This document shows, in pieces, positions 10,375-19,436 of a stretch of DNA of 64,000 bases. Each line of letters begins with the position of its first letter. Within the stretch, counting starts at the first letter, position 1. The stretch is from Clostridia bacterium. GTDB lineage: Bacteria > Bacillota > Clostridia > Christensenellales > Borkfalkiaceae. The stretch covers positions 13,900 to 77,899 of the forward strand of contig JAFWBT010000019.1 in the NCBI GenBank assembly GCA_017507005.1. The letters run 5' to 3'. The position numbers were made by a program, and so were the translations under genes. The notes below the pieces were generated by a model, which was given only the letters and a program-made list of their open reading frames with translations, did not search any database and was not told where the DNA came from.

Positions 10375-12197
10375 TACGCTTCACCTCCTTCTTTCGTTTC
10401 GTCAGAGGCTTTGCTCTTGGTTTGCGCTTCGTATATCTCGCGATAAATCTCACTGCTTGTCAGCAATTCGTCGTGATTTCCGCACGCCACAATCTTACCG
10501 CCGTCGAGAATAACAATCTTATCCGCGTGCTCCACCGAGGATACGCGCTGTGCGATAATAATCTTCGTCGTATCGGGGATTTCTTCCGCAAACGCGCGGC
10601 GAATCAGCGCGTCCGTCTTGGTATCCACCGCCGACGTCGAGTCGTCTAAAATCAATACTTTGGGCTTTCTAAGCAACGCGCGCGCTATACAAAGACGCTG
10701 TTTCTGACCGCCCGAAACGTTCGTACCGCCCTGCTCGATATAGGTATCGTAGCCGTCGGGGAACGAACGAATAAACTCGTCCGCCTGCGCTAATTGACAC
10801 ACGCGAATCAGTTCCTCGTCGCTCGCCTCCGCGTTACCCCAACGCAGGTTTTCCTTAATCGTGCCTGAAAACAGCACGTTCTTTTGCAATACGACGGCAA
10901 CTTCCTTTCTCAATACGTCCAAATCGTACTCCTTGACGTTGACGCCGCCCACGAGCACTTCGCCCTCCGTCGCGTCGTACAAGCGAGGAATCAGTTGAAT
11001 TAACGAGGTTTTAGATGAGCCTGTGCCACCTAAAATCCCCACTGTTTCGCCCGATTGTATCGCAAGGTCGATATCCGACAACGCATATTTGTTCGCTTTT
11101 GCCGAATATTTAAAGTTTACGTTTTTGAAAACCACCGAGCCGTCCTGCACCGTTGTAACGCCGTTTTCGGGGCTGACGATATCCGAGCCTTCGGTGAGCA
11201 CCTCGGAAATACGGCGCGCCGATTCCAACGACATCGACAGCATAACAAAAATCATAGAGAACATCATAAGGCAGGACAACATCTGAATCCCGTAGGAAAT
11301 CAGCGCGGACAGCTCGCCCTTGCCAAAGCCCTCGAACGCCGCCCAATGCGTCTTATCCACGATAGCGTACGCCGCGAACGCGGAAATGAGAATAGACGCG
11401 AAATTGATAAAAAACGTCATCATCGGGGTGTTGAGCGCGAGCACTTTTTCCGCTCTCGTGAAATCGTCGCGCACTTCCCCTGCCGCTTTTTTGAATTTTT
11501 CCGTTTCGTAGTCTTCACGCACGAAAGATTTCACAACGCGAATACCGCCCACGTTTTCCTGCACGGAATTGTTCAGCGCGTCGTATTTTTTAAAGATACG
11601 ACGGAAGAAGGGCATTACGAACCGCATAATCGAAATGATAACCGCGCCAAGGAAAGGTATGATTACGAGGAATATCCACGCAAGGCGCGGATTGATTGTA
11701 AAGCTCATCACGATGGCAAAAGCGAATTGCAAAATCGCGCGCACAACGATACGCAAGCACATTTGATAGGAGTGCTGTACGTTGGTGACATCGGTGGTCA
11801 ATCTCGTCACCAGCGAGGACGTAGAAAATTTGTCCACGTTGGAAAAGGAAAATTTTTGCACTCTATAAAAAAGGTCGTGACGGAGGTTTTTCGCAAAACC
11901 GCAGCTCGCCGTTGCCGCGAATTTCCCTGCAAATGCGCCGCTGAGCATTGACAACACGGCAAGCCCTAACAAAATTCCGCCGTATTTTAATATCTCGTTC
12001 ATTGCCGCGCCCGCGCTTATGCCTTGCACGTCGATTGCCGCAATCATTTTTGCCATAAAAAAGGGCAATAAACATTCGCAAAACGCCTCTAACGCCATAA
12101 AAAAGGGCGTGATTATCGACGGCTTTTTATATTCTCGCACGCTGGCAAGCAAGGGTTTTATCATCCCTACGCCTTTCTTTTTTTCCTTTTCTGCCAT
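10374..12197 (-). CDS. ABC exporter, fused permease/ATPase (heterodimer partner 1)
   Basis: GGTGSSKTS, VSGGQKQRL, LILDDSTSAVD. TAATG stop/start overlap with the downstream partner. Confidence 0.9.
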   Translation of the reverse strand: MAEKEKKKGVGMIKPLLASVREYKKPSIITPFFMALEAFCECLLPFFMAKMIAAIDVQGISAGAAMNEILKYGGILLGLAVLSMLSGAFAGKFAATASCGFAKNLRHDLFYRVQKFSFSNVDKFSTSSLVTRLTTDVTNVQHSYQMCLRIVVRAILQFAFAIVMSFTINPRLAWIFLVIIPFLGAVIISIMRFVMPFFRRIFKKYDALNNSVQENVGGIRVVKSFVREDYETEKFKKAAGEVRDDFTRAEKVLALNTPMMTFFINFASILISAFAAYAIVDKTHWAAFEGFGKGELSALISYGIQMLSCLMMFSMIFVMLSMSLESARRISEVLTEGSDIVSPENGVTTVQDGSVVFKNVNFKYSAKANKYALSDIDLAIQSGETVGILGGTGSSKTSLIQLIPRLYDATEGEVLVGGVNVKEYDLDVLRKEVAVVLQKNVLFSGTIKENLRWGNAEASDEELIRVCQLAQADEFIRSFPDGYDTYIEQGGTNVSGGQKQRLCIARALLRKPKVLILDDSTSAVDTKTDALIRRAFAEEIPDTTKIIIAQRVSSVEHADKIVILDGGKIVACGNHDELLTSSEIYREIYEAQTKSKASDETKEGGEA

Positions 12198-12385
12198 ACT
12201 CTTTTCTCTCCTCGTCGTTATACGTCTATATATAATGTAATTACGCTCTTTATTGTATTCCTTTCCAAAAATAAAGTCAATCGTTTGAAAGTCGCTTTTT
12301 CCGCTTTCACGAAAATTTCATTTTTCTTTTGTCGGGATTTTTAGCTATTTTTCGTGATTTTCTTCTATATTTTTCCCGCAAAAAC

Positions 12386-12414
12386 CCCCACGCGTTTTTC
12401 AAAAACGCGTGGGG
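12386..12414 (-). terminator. Terminator after the sbcC-like gene
   Basis: CCCCACGCG / CGCGTGGGG stem. On the minus strand it is followed by GTTTTTGCGG. Confidence 0.6.
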
Positions 12415-12432
12415 CAGGTATGCGTTGAACGC
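12401..12432 (+). repeat. Dispersed repeat family, copy b (intergenic, inverted orientation)
   Basis: AAAAACGCGTGGGGCAGGTATGCGTTGAACGC. Shares its GGGG with the adjacent terminator stem. Confidence 0.85.
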
Positions 12433-12437
12433 TATTT

Positions 12438-14654
12438 TTACACCTTTCTATCCGATTTGCAGGTGAGGTATACGATTTGATAGCGTTTGGATAATTCCTT
12501 GACGAATTTTTTGGCTTTTTCCGTCTTTTTGTCGTCAAAATTCGCAAACGGATCATCTAAGATTAGCGTCGGCAATTCTTTTTGATACAGCGCGTCCACC
12601 AGCGCAATACGCGTACAAAAATCTACCAGCTCCTTTTCACCGAGGCTGTAATAATCGAGCGAGCGCATTTGCCCCACCACCTCCATCAACGGCGCGCCGT
12701 CCGCTGAAAAACGCAACGGCTGGTATTTTTCGTCAAACTGTTTTAAATATTCCCGACAATTTTTCTCCACGGGCGCAAGATAGCGCGTCGCCATATTTTC
12801 CTGCGCGCGCAGTAGCATTTCCCGCGCCGTCCGCACGACGTACAAGCGGTGCTCTAAACGCTCTTTTTCCGCAAGCAGGCGTTCTTCCTCCGCCTCGATA
12901 TCCGCTTTGTCCGCGCGGTTTTCTTGGTTTTCCAGCTGCGCTTTCAAACGCGCGCGCTCGTCCACCAAGCCCTCTTTTTCGCGTTCTAAATCCTGTTTTT
13001 GGCGTTGTAGTGCGGAAATATCGTAACGGGTAGCGTTTTCCTCGCCGTCCTCTTTTAAGCCGGACAACTGCTTTTCATATTCCTGCATTGCCGCGCGATT
13101 TTTTTCGTATTTTACAATATTTTCCTTTATTGCCGACAGCGCCACGCGATAATCGTACAGCTCTTCAAAACGGAAATTATCCAAAAAGGCGCATATCGCG
13201 TTCTCCAAGCCCTGCAAACGGTTCTTTATCTCACCGTGTTGCTGTGTATATTGCTCGTGACAAAACTCTAAATCGGGCGCAAATTCTATCAGCCTTGCCT
13301 GTATCCTCGACACCTCTGCCTGCGTTTCGTTATAATGCAAGGATACGTCCGTATCGATATCGTCCTCGTTGTTCTTTTTGCCTCCCTTTGGCAATAATTT
13401 TACAAGCGAAATCAACAAACCCACGCCGCCAATTCCAAGCAAAATATACCCAAGCGCAGGCCGCGTAGGCATTTGCGTCGCGCCCAAAATCGCCATAAAC
13501 AAACACACGAACAGCCAAAATCCCGTCCGTTTCCCCTTGGGCGGATTTTTCTTACTGCTATGCGTTCGTCGCATACCTGCCCCGTCCATTTTGCTGTTTT
13601 TTTGCAAAACCAGCTCGTAGGAACGTTGCGCGTTTTCGCACGAAGCGAGCTGATTTTCCAAGGCTCTTTTTTCGCGAACGAGCGTTTCCGTTTCACGCAA
13701 TTTTTCCTCGACCGAGGCAAACTCCGCCTTTAACGCATAAAAATCCGTCACCGCTTTTTGCAGACCAACGACGTTGATTGTCGTTGGCTCGACTTTGCCA
13801 AAAAACGTCTGCAAAGCCGCTATTTCCGCGCTCGTTTCGTCCATACGAAGCTGTAAATTTCGCCGCGCCTCCGCGCGCGCCGCCGATTCGTTCAAACGGG
13901 AATACCGCTGTATTTCCCTTTCCACGACGTTGAGTTTTTCGCCCAAAGCCGCTATTTCTCTTTCCTTTTGCGCGATTTCCCCTTTCGTCTGCCGCGTTGC
14001 CGCCGCGTACTCGTCGCAAGCATTTTTCGCGCGTGCAAGCGTTTCCAAACGCTCGTCTATCTCATCCAGCTTTCCCTTAGACGGGCGACGTTTCGCGCGC
14101 AAATTACGCTCTGCGGCATCCAGCCGCTCTATCGCGCCTTTTGCGCCGTTTTCCCTGCCGTTATCTCCAAGCAATGCCAGCAGGCGACCTTTCATATCGT
14201 CGGGCAAGCCGTCCGTCACAATCTCGCTCTGCGGCACGTATACGCTACGCTGATAGCTCTCTCTATCCACCCCAAGCAATATCTCGCCCAGCCGTTCTAT
14301 CCTATCGCCAAAATCGTACGAGAGCATATTGTTCCCATCGTACAGCCTTACGACGTCCCCGCTCGGCGTTTTCCCAAACGTTCGCTCGATACGGTACGTC
14401 CGTCCTGCATACGAGAACACGAGCGAACCGCCAAACACGCCGCCTTGCCACGGCTCGTATTTAATACGGTCGTTCGCGCCAACGGATTTGCTGCGCCCAC
14501 CATCCATACCGTACAACATACATTTAATAAAATCAGCAAAAGTCGTCTTGCCCCAGCCGTTCTCCTCCTTGACGTTGGTAAGATCCGCCGACAAATCGAA
14601 CGAGCGATCGACAAACTTCCCAAAACCAGCAATATAACAGGATATCAGTCTCAT
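12438..14654 (-). CDS. SbcC/Rad50-like (YhaN-type) AAA ATPase with a central hydrophobic hairpin
   Basis: N-terminal P-loop ENGWGKTT, long coiled-coil-like Glu/Arg/Leu-rich arms, and C-terminal LILDDPFANFD (Walker B). Two hydrophobic helices lie at aa about 378-421. Confidence 0.8.
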   Translation of the reverse strand: MRLISCYIAGFGKFVDRSFDLSADLTNVKEENGWGKTTFADFIKCMLYGMDGGRSKSVGANDRIKYEPWQGGVFGGSLVFSYAGRTYRIERTFGKTPSGDVVRLYDGNNMLSYDFGDRIERLGEILLGVDRESYQRSVYVPQSEIVTDGLPDDMKGRLLALLGDNGRENGAKGAIERLDAAERNLRAKRRPSKGKLDEIDERLETLARAKNACDEYAAATRQTKGEIAQKEREIAALGEKLNVVEREIQRYSRLNESAARAEARRNLQLRMDETSAEIAALQTFFGKVEPTTINVVGLQKAVTDFYALKAEFASVEEKLRETETLVREKRALENQLASCENAQRSYELVLQKNSKMDGAGMRRTHSSKKNPPKGKRTGFWLFVCLFMAILGATQMPTRPALGYILLGIGGVGLLISLVKLLPKGGKKNNEDDIDTDVSLHYNETQAEVSRIQARLIEFAPDLEFCHEQYTQQHGEIKNRLQGLENAICAFLDNFRFEELYDYRVALSAIKENIVKYEKNRAAMQEYEKQLSGLKEDGEENATRYDISALQRQKQDLEREKEGLVDERARLKAQLENQENRADKADIEAEEERLLAEKERLEHRLYVVRTAREMLLRAQENMATRYLAPVEKNCREYLKQFDEKYQPLRFSADGAPLMEVVGQMRSLDYYSLGEKELVDFCTRIALVDALYQKELPTLILDDPFANFDDKKTEKAKKFVKELSKRYQIVYLTCKSDRKV
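13562..13603 (-). repeat. Dispersed repeat family, in-frame coding copy inside the sbcC-like gene
   Basis: Minus strand AAAAAAACAGCAAAATGGACGGGGCAGGTATGCGACGAACGC. 24 of 31 positions match copy d. Encodes QKNSKMDGAGMRRTH. Confidence 0.75.
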
Positions 14655-15742
14655 AAATCGATATCCTCCCCGATAAGTGCCTTGATGCCAACGTCGAGGA
14701 TTTCACCGCGCAAATCCTCGTTCATCTCGTACCTGCCTACCTCTCTCACAAATTCACCTAGCTCCGAAAGGTCGTTTTGATACACCGCAGGATCGACGTA
14801 CGTTGTCGATTCGTCCTCCACCCTCGCAAAGAAAAACGTTTCACAAAGCCGCGCGCTAAGCAACGGCAAATCCTTTCTCAGCCCTGCCTTATGCCGTCCG
14901 CACAGCGTCAGCCGCACAATATCGACGGGATTTGCGCCCGACAACGCCTCGAACGCCGTACGCTCCACGTCAAAATAACTGCCGCAAGCAGAAACGTCCG
15001 CGCGCGCCTCGCGCACCGTACGCTTTGCCACCGACAAAAATTCTTCCTTTATCAGCCTGCCGTCTACCACTTCCAACAAAAAGAAGCCCTTTTGACCGCA
15101 CTCGTCAAAGCCACGCCCTTCCAAACAACCGCAATAACGGTAATGTCCGCGCGAATCTAATTTCTCCGCCGTTAAGGTAGGTTTGTGGATATGTCCCAAA
15201 GCAAGATAGTCGATATGTTTATTTTGCAGACGCGCCAAAGCCAAACCGTCGGCGGTTTTCTCGCGCGAATCGCCTTTAGTCACGTCGCCGTGCAGCATCA
15301 CAATATTATAGCTATCGCGCCGCAAGGACAGCTCTTTATACCGCGCGTCCTCAACGTATTTGCTATCCAAACCCGTCAAAAGTACGTTATCGGACAGCTC
15401 GTAGCTCTGCCAGCCGTGATTTTTCGAGAACAGATACAAATTATTCGGCAGTTCGTCGTCAAAATCAAATTCGTCGTCGTGGTTGCCCGAAACGTAGAAA
15501 AACCGAACGGGTGCAGCCGCCGCAATCACGGCAAACACTTCCCTCTTTATGCGCCTTAAAACGCGGTTTTCGTCGAACAAATCGCCTGCAATCAGCACCG
15601 CCTCCACGCCGTTATTTTTCGCGAACGTAGCAAGACGGCGGAACGCATCTAACAGCTCCGCCTTTCTCAATTCCCCTTTATCGGGCGGCAGATTTTTCAT
15701 TGCCGCGCCTAAATGTATATCGCCCGTGTGGATAATTTTCAT
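14651..15742 (-). CDS. SbcD/Mre11-like (YhaO-type) metallophosphoesterase
   Basis: MKIIHTGDIHLG, GDLFD, GNHD, LHG, GHIH motifs. ATGA overlap with the ATPase gene. Confidence 0.85.
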   Translation of the reverse strand: MKIIHTGDIHLGAAMKNLPPDKGELRKAELLDAFRRLATFAKNNGVEAVLIAGDLFDENRVLRRIKREVFAVIAAAAPVRFFYVSGNHDDEFDFDDELPNNLYLFSKNHGWQSYELSDNVLLTGLDSKYVEDARYKELSLRRDSYNIVMLHGDVTKGDSREKTADGLALARLQNKHIDYLALGHIHKPTLTAEKLDSRGHYRYCGCLEGRGFDECGQKGFFLLEVVDGRLIKEEFLSVAKRTVREARADVSACGSYFDVERTAFEALSGANPVDIVRLTLCGRHKAGLRKDLPLLSARLCETFFFARVEDESTTYVDPAVYQNDLSELGEFVREVGRYEMNEDLRGEILDVGIKALIGEDIDL

Positions 15743-15760
15743 AAAAAATATCCCCTTTCC

Positions 15761-16180
15761 TTAGTTCTTGGAAAATTGCAGACAAACGAACACGATTAAA
15801 AACACCACCATCGCAACGCCCGTCACGATCAGCCGCACCTTATCGCGTTTTTCCTTGCTCATCGGCACGTAGATACGAAAACCGCACGTCGGGCATACGC
15901 CCTTTCCCATCAACGTCTTGCATCGCTTGCAATGCACCTTTTGTGGCATCGTTTCATCATAGCTGTGTTCGCTCTTTTGCTTTTTTATCTGTTCTCTCGA
16001 CGGCGTTTTCTTTCCCTCTGCACTCTCAACACCCTCGACGCTTTCCGCACAATCCATATTTTCCGCGCCGTCCGTTTGCTCTTTTATATCCTCCGCGCGC
16101 GCCGCCTCAAACTCCGCAATAATACGGCGCTCCTCTTCCCTTTTTTGTTGACGAGTCATCTTGCTCATATCTTTCTTCAC
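15761..16180 (-). CDS. Zinc-ribbon protein with a C-terminal TM anchor
   Basis: CKRCKTLMGKGVCPTCG followed by a single hydrophobic helix. The N-terminal half is charged and low-complexity. Confidence 0.55.
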   Translation of the reverse strand: MKKDMSKMTRQQKREEERRIIAEFEAARAEDIKEQTDGAENMDCAESVEGVESAEGKKTPSREQIKKQKSEHSYDETMPQKVHCKRCKTLMGKGVCPTCGFRIYVPMSKEKRDKVRLIVTGVAMVVFLIVFVCLQFSKN

Positions 16181-16246
16181 TTCTCCTTATCTTTCGCGCT
16201 TTTTTATAGTTTTCTCTTACACGGTTTCGTCTGCGCGACCAAACCC

Positions 16247-17848
16247 TTACATCAACGTTTCAAACACGCGCAGCACCGAATCGACCAATCGTCCAAAAAT
16301 CCCCTGCTTGGTGTTTTCGAGGGTGCATAATTTCGACACGGCGAACGTTTCCTCGCAGTCCCGCTTCAAATCCGCCACCGCTTTGCAATCGGAAAAATAC
16401 ACCGCGTTCTCAAAATGCAGGTACAGACTGCGATAATCGAGGTTAATCGTACCCACGACGGCGCTTTCGTCGTCGCACACCATACTCTTTGCGTGGATAA
16501 AGCCCGGCGTGTATTCGTATATCTTCACACCTGCTTTTAACAGCATTTGATAATTCGCGCGCGTAAGACGGAAGGTAACTTTTTTATCGGGAATCCCCGG
16601 CGTAACGATACGCACGTCCACACCGCGCATAGCCGCTTGACAGAGCGCCGCGCGTAAAAAATCGTTCAAAATCAGATAGGGCGTGAATACGTAAACGTAT
16701 TTGCTCGCGCGCGTAATCATATCCAGATATACCGTCTCGCCAACGCTCACCTTGTCCAACGGCGAATCGTCGTACGGCTGAATACGTAGCGACGTTTCTT
16801 GCGCCGTCGGCATAGGCAAGAGGGGTAGCAGGTATGCGTTCACGTCCTCTTTGTCCGTCCGAAAAGCGTTCCACATATAGAAAAACATTTCCGTAAACGA
16901 ACGCACCGCGTTCCCCGTTATTTTAATACCCGTATCTTTCCAATACCCAAATCGCACCTTTTCCGCGATATATTCGTCTGCAAGATTGATGCCGCCCGTA
17001 AACGCCACTTTGCCGTCCACGACAAGGATTTTTCTATGGTCACGGTTGTTCATACGCACGGCGAACAGCGGCACGACGTTGTTGAACGTCATACATTTGA
17101 TATTTTCGTGCAGGGATTCCAAATACCGCTCGTATTTAGGCGGTAACGTCATCATACACCCAAAATCGTCGTAAATGATACGCACCTGCACACCTTGCAT
17201 TGCTTTTTCTACGAGGATTTTTAAAATGGAATTCCACATCTTGCCGTGCGCGATAATGAAATATTCCACGAGAATAAATTTTTCTGCCTTTTTCAGCTCT
17301 AAAAGCATCTGCGGAAACATTTCCTCGCCGCTCTTATAATATTCCACGTCGCCGTCCGTATAGACGGGATATTCTGCGTAGCGTTGCAAATACGAGCATA
17401 CGGCGTCTTTACGCTCCGACGAAAGCGGCAATTCTTCTTTTCCGAATTTTTCCCGTATCTTCTCGTCGTTTTCTTTTTTTGCGCGCTGAATTTTCGCGTT
17501 TATTTTCCGCGCCGGTCTGCCCTCGCCATTGAAAAAGTACATCGGCACTCCAAAAAAGGGTACGAGCATAATAAGGATAATCCAATTCAACCGCGTCGAG
17601 GGGCGTTCGTGACGGCTAATGATATATAAAACGAATACGATTTCTAAAACGAGTACGATTATCTGCGCGATCATTGCCCATTTTGAATCGTACACCAGCG
17701 AAAACGAGAACACGATATACACCACCAGCTGCAACAACGCCGACAGCAAAAAAACAACGAAACGATTATACAAAAAGACCTTATAGCTTCTATCGTTCGC
17801 CACCGTTCTCTCTATCCATTTTTTCTTTCTTTCGCTCAGTTTTTTCAT
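16247..17848 (-). CDS. cls: Cardiolipin synthase
   Basis: Two N-terminal TM helices and two HKD motifs (HRKILVVDGKVAFTGGINL and HAKSMVCDDESAVVGTINL). Confidence 0.9.
   Translation of the reverse strand: MKKLSERKKKWIERTVANDRSYKVFLYNRFVVFLLSALLQLVVYIVFSFSLVYDSKWAMIAQIIVLVLEIVFVLYIISRHERPSTRLNWIILIMLVPFFGVPMYFFNGEGRPARKINAKIQRAKKENDEKIREKFGKEELPLSSERKDAVCSYLQRYAEYPVYTDGDVEYYKSGEEMFPQMLLELKKAEKFILVEYFIIAHGKMWNSILKILVEKAMQGVQVRIIYDDFGCMMTLPPKYERYLESLHENIKCMTFNNVVPLFAVRMNNRDHRKILVVDGKVAFTGGINLADEYIAEKVRFGYWKDTGIKITGNAVRSFTEMFFYMWNAFRTDKEDVNAYLLPLLPMPTAQETSLRIQPYDDSPLDKVSVGETVYLDMITRASKYVYVFTPYLILNDFLRAALCQAAMRGVDVRIVTPGIPDKKVTFRLTRANYQMLLKAGVKIYEYTPGFIHAKSMVCDDESAVVGTINLDYRSLYLHFENAVYFSDCKAVADLKRDCEETFAVSKLCTLENTKQGIFGRLVDSVLRVFETLM
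16822..16844 (+). repeat. Dispersed repeat family, probable coding copy in cls (antisense to the gene)
   Basis: GGGGTAGCAGGTATGCGTTCACG. The 13-mer GCAGGTATGCGTT is identical to copies b, c and d. Lies in the linker between the two PLD domains (VNAYLLPLL). Confidence 0.5.
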
Positions 17849-17903
17849 TTCCTTTCTTGCGCGTTCCGCCTCTTTTTACGCCGCGCCTACTCCTGTATAT
17901 AAT

Positions 17904-17946
17904 ATTGTAGCAGTTTTTTCCCTTTTTGTCAATGGGCTTGCCCATT
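17904..17946 (-). promoter_or_regulatory. cls promoter with an abutting 16-bp palindrome
   Basis: Minus strand TTGACA (17927-17932), 17 nt spacer, TACAAT (17904-17909). AATGGGCTTGCCCATT at 17931-17946 overlaps the -35. Confidence 0.55.
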
Positions 17947-18113
17947 TTCCTCTATCTTATTTACTATACCCACTTTTCGTGATAAAAAGAAGTTCACCTT
18001 GTAAAACGTGTGAAAAATCCCCTCCTATTTGCCCTTTTTCTACCACTTTTCCCCCTTCCCAACGCCCTTTGAAAAAAATTTTAAAAATTTTTAATTTTTT
18101 TTATAAAAAACTA

Positions 18114-18178
18114 TTGACAAATCCATTTTTTTATATTATACTATAAACAGTTAATGAAACTTAATCCTAATAAGTTTC
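18114..18178 (+). promoter_or_regulatory. Rubrerythrin promoter plus a downstream inverted repeat (candidate operator)
   Basis: TTGACA, 17 nt spacer, TATACT (18114-18142). GAAACTTA-N7-TAAGTTTC at 18156-18178 lies between the -10 and the start codon. Confidence 0.55.
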
Positions 18179-18210
18179 CAAAAATTGTAAAAAAGAATGA
18201 GGTAATCAGT

Positions 18211-18852
18211 ATGAAAAAATTTGAATGCATCGTATGTCATCACGTAGTAGAAGCAGATGTAGCACCCGAAGTATGCCCCGTATGCAAGCAGAGCGGCAAA
18301 TTTGTTGCAAAGCCTTGCCTGAAAGGCAGCAAGACAGAAGCGAATTTGCAGACGGCTTTTGCAGGCGAATCGCAGGCTAGAAACAAGTACACCTATTTTG
18401 CTAGCAAGGCAAGAAAGGAAGGCTTCGTACAAATCGCGGCTATCTTTGAAGAAACGGCAAAGAACGAACAAGAGCACGCTAAAATCTGGTTTAAGCTGTT
18501 GAACGGCGGCGACATCTCCTCCACGGCGGAAAATCTTCTTGCGGCAGCAGAAGGCGAAAACTACGAATGGACAGATATGTATGCAGAATTTGCCGTAGTG
18601 GCTCGTGAAGAAGGTTTTGAAGAAATCGCAAAACTTTTCGACGGCGTTGCAGCGATTGAAAAAGAACACGAAGAAAGATATAGAAAGTTGCTCGCAAACG
18701 TTAAGGGTGACCTTGTATTCTCCAAGGAAGGCGACGCTGTATGGCAGTGCTCGAACTGCGGCCATATCGTTGTTGGCAAGAAAGCGCCCGACGTATGCCC
18801 TATCTGCAACCATCCTCAGGCATATTTCCAGGTGAGAGCAGAAAACTACTAA
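18211..18852 (+). CDS. Rubrerythrin with rubredoxin-like CxxC pairs at both ends
   Basis: N-terminal CIVCHH...CPVCK, a ferritin-like di-iron core ([31 protein letters not shown]), and C-terminal CSNCG...CPICN. Start taken at the ATG at 18211 with a GAGG RBS. Confidence 0.9.
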   Translation: MKKFECIVCHHVVEADVAPEVCPVCKQSGKFVAKPCLKGSKTEANLQTAFAGESQARNKYTYFASKARKEGFVQIAAIFEETAKNEQEHAKIWFKLLNGGDISSTAENLLAAAEGENYEWTDMYAEFAVVAREEGFEEIAKLFDGVAAIEKEHEERYRKLLANVKGDLVFSKEGDAVWQCSNCGHIVVGKKAPDVCPICNHPQAYFQVRAENY

Positions 18853-18940
18853 TTCGCTTTTTACAGGGCGAGGAAAACCGCCTTGCATAAAGACCTCCCC
18901 TATCGCAAAGAAGTGATGGGAGAATAAACAATATAATAGA

Positions 18941-18977
18941 ACCCGACGGATGCCCCTATCCGTCGGGTTTCGTTTTT
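18941..18977 (+). terminator. Rubrerythrin terminator
   Basis: ACCCGACGGA / TCCGTCGGGT 10-bp stem followed by TTCGTTTTT. Confidence 0.7.
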
Positions 18978-19070
18978 GATTTTTCATCTTAAAAACGGCG
19001 TGTAAAAAGGCAAGCAAAAACGGCGTCACCTCGTACATGGGTGCGCCGTTTTGATTTTTTAAGCGTTTGA

Positions 19071-19394
19071 TTACAGATTTTTTTCTACGAATTTTTCCAA
19101 CGCTTCCGCAGGCACAAAACCGAGGTTATTATCCACGGGCGCGCCGTTTTTAAACGCGATAACGTTCGGGATAGAAGTGATGCCGTATTTCACAGCCGCC
19201 GCCTCGCTATCCTCCTCATCAACGTCAATCTTCACGAAAATCGCTTTTCCCTCGTATTTATCGGAAATTTCCTCATACACAGGCGCGAGCATTCTGCAAG
19301 GTCCGCACCAAGTCGCCCAAAAATCACAGAACACCGTCTTATCCGACGTCGCAATGAGTTCTTCCAAATCCTTACCGTTTACGTATTTAACCAT
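19071..19394 (-). CDS. trxA: Thioredoxin
   Basis: WATWCGPCRMLAP active site, 107 aa. Confidence 0.92.
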   Translation of the reverse strand: MVKYVNGKDLEELIATSDKTVFCDFWATWCGPCRMLAPVYEEISDKYEGKAIFVKIDVDEEDSEAAAVKYGITSIPNVIAFKNGAPVDNNLGFVPAEALEKFVEKNL

Positions 19395-19436
19395 ACATTT
19401 TTCCTCCTTTAAAAGGTCCTTTTCTAAAAGTTTGTC

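Noticed and set aside
14720-14741. GTTCATCTCGTACCTGCC in the sbcD-like gene resembles repeat copy a (15 of 18 positions).
   Set aside because: By rough estimate, a match of this length and quality is expected by chance about once when all repeat variants are compared against the window. The GGCAGGTAT 9-mers at 32621, 51779 and 52103 fall into the same category.
12438-15742. The SbcC-like ATPase plus SbcD-like phosphoesterase pair as an anti-phage defence system (Lamassu- or OLD-like).
   Set aside because: The architecture and coupling match the housekeeping YhaO/YhaN (SbcF/SbcE)-type repair pair of Firmicutes. There is no effector domain, no compositional anomaly and no mobile-element context.
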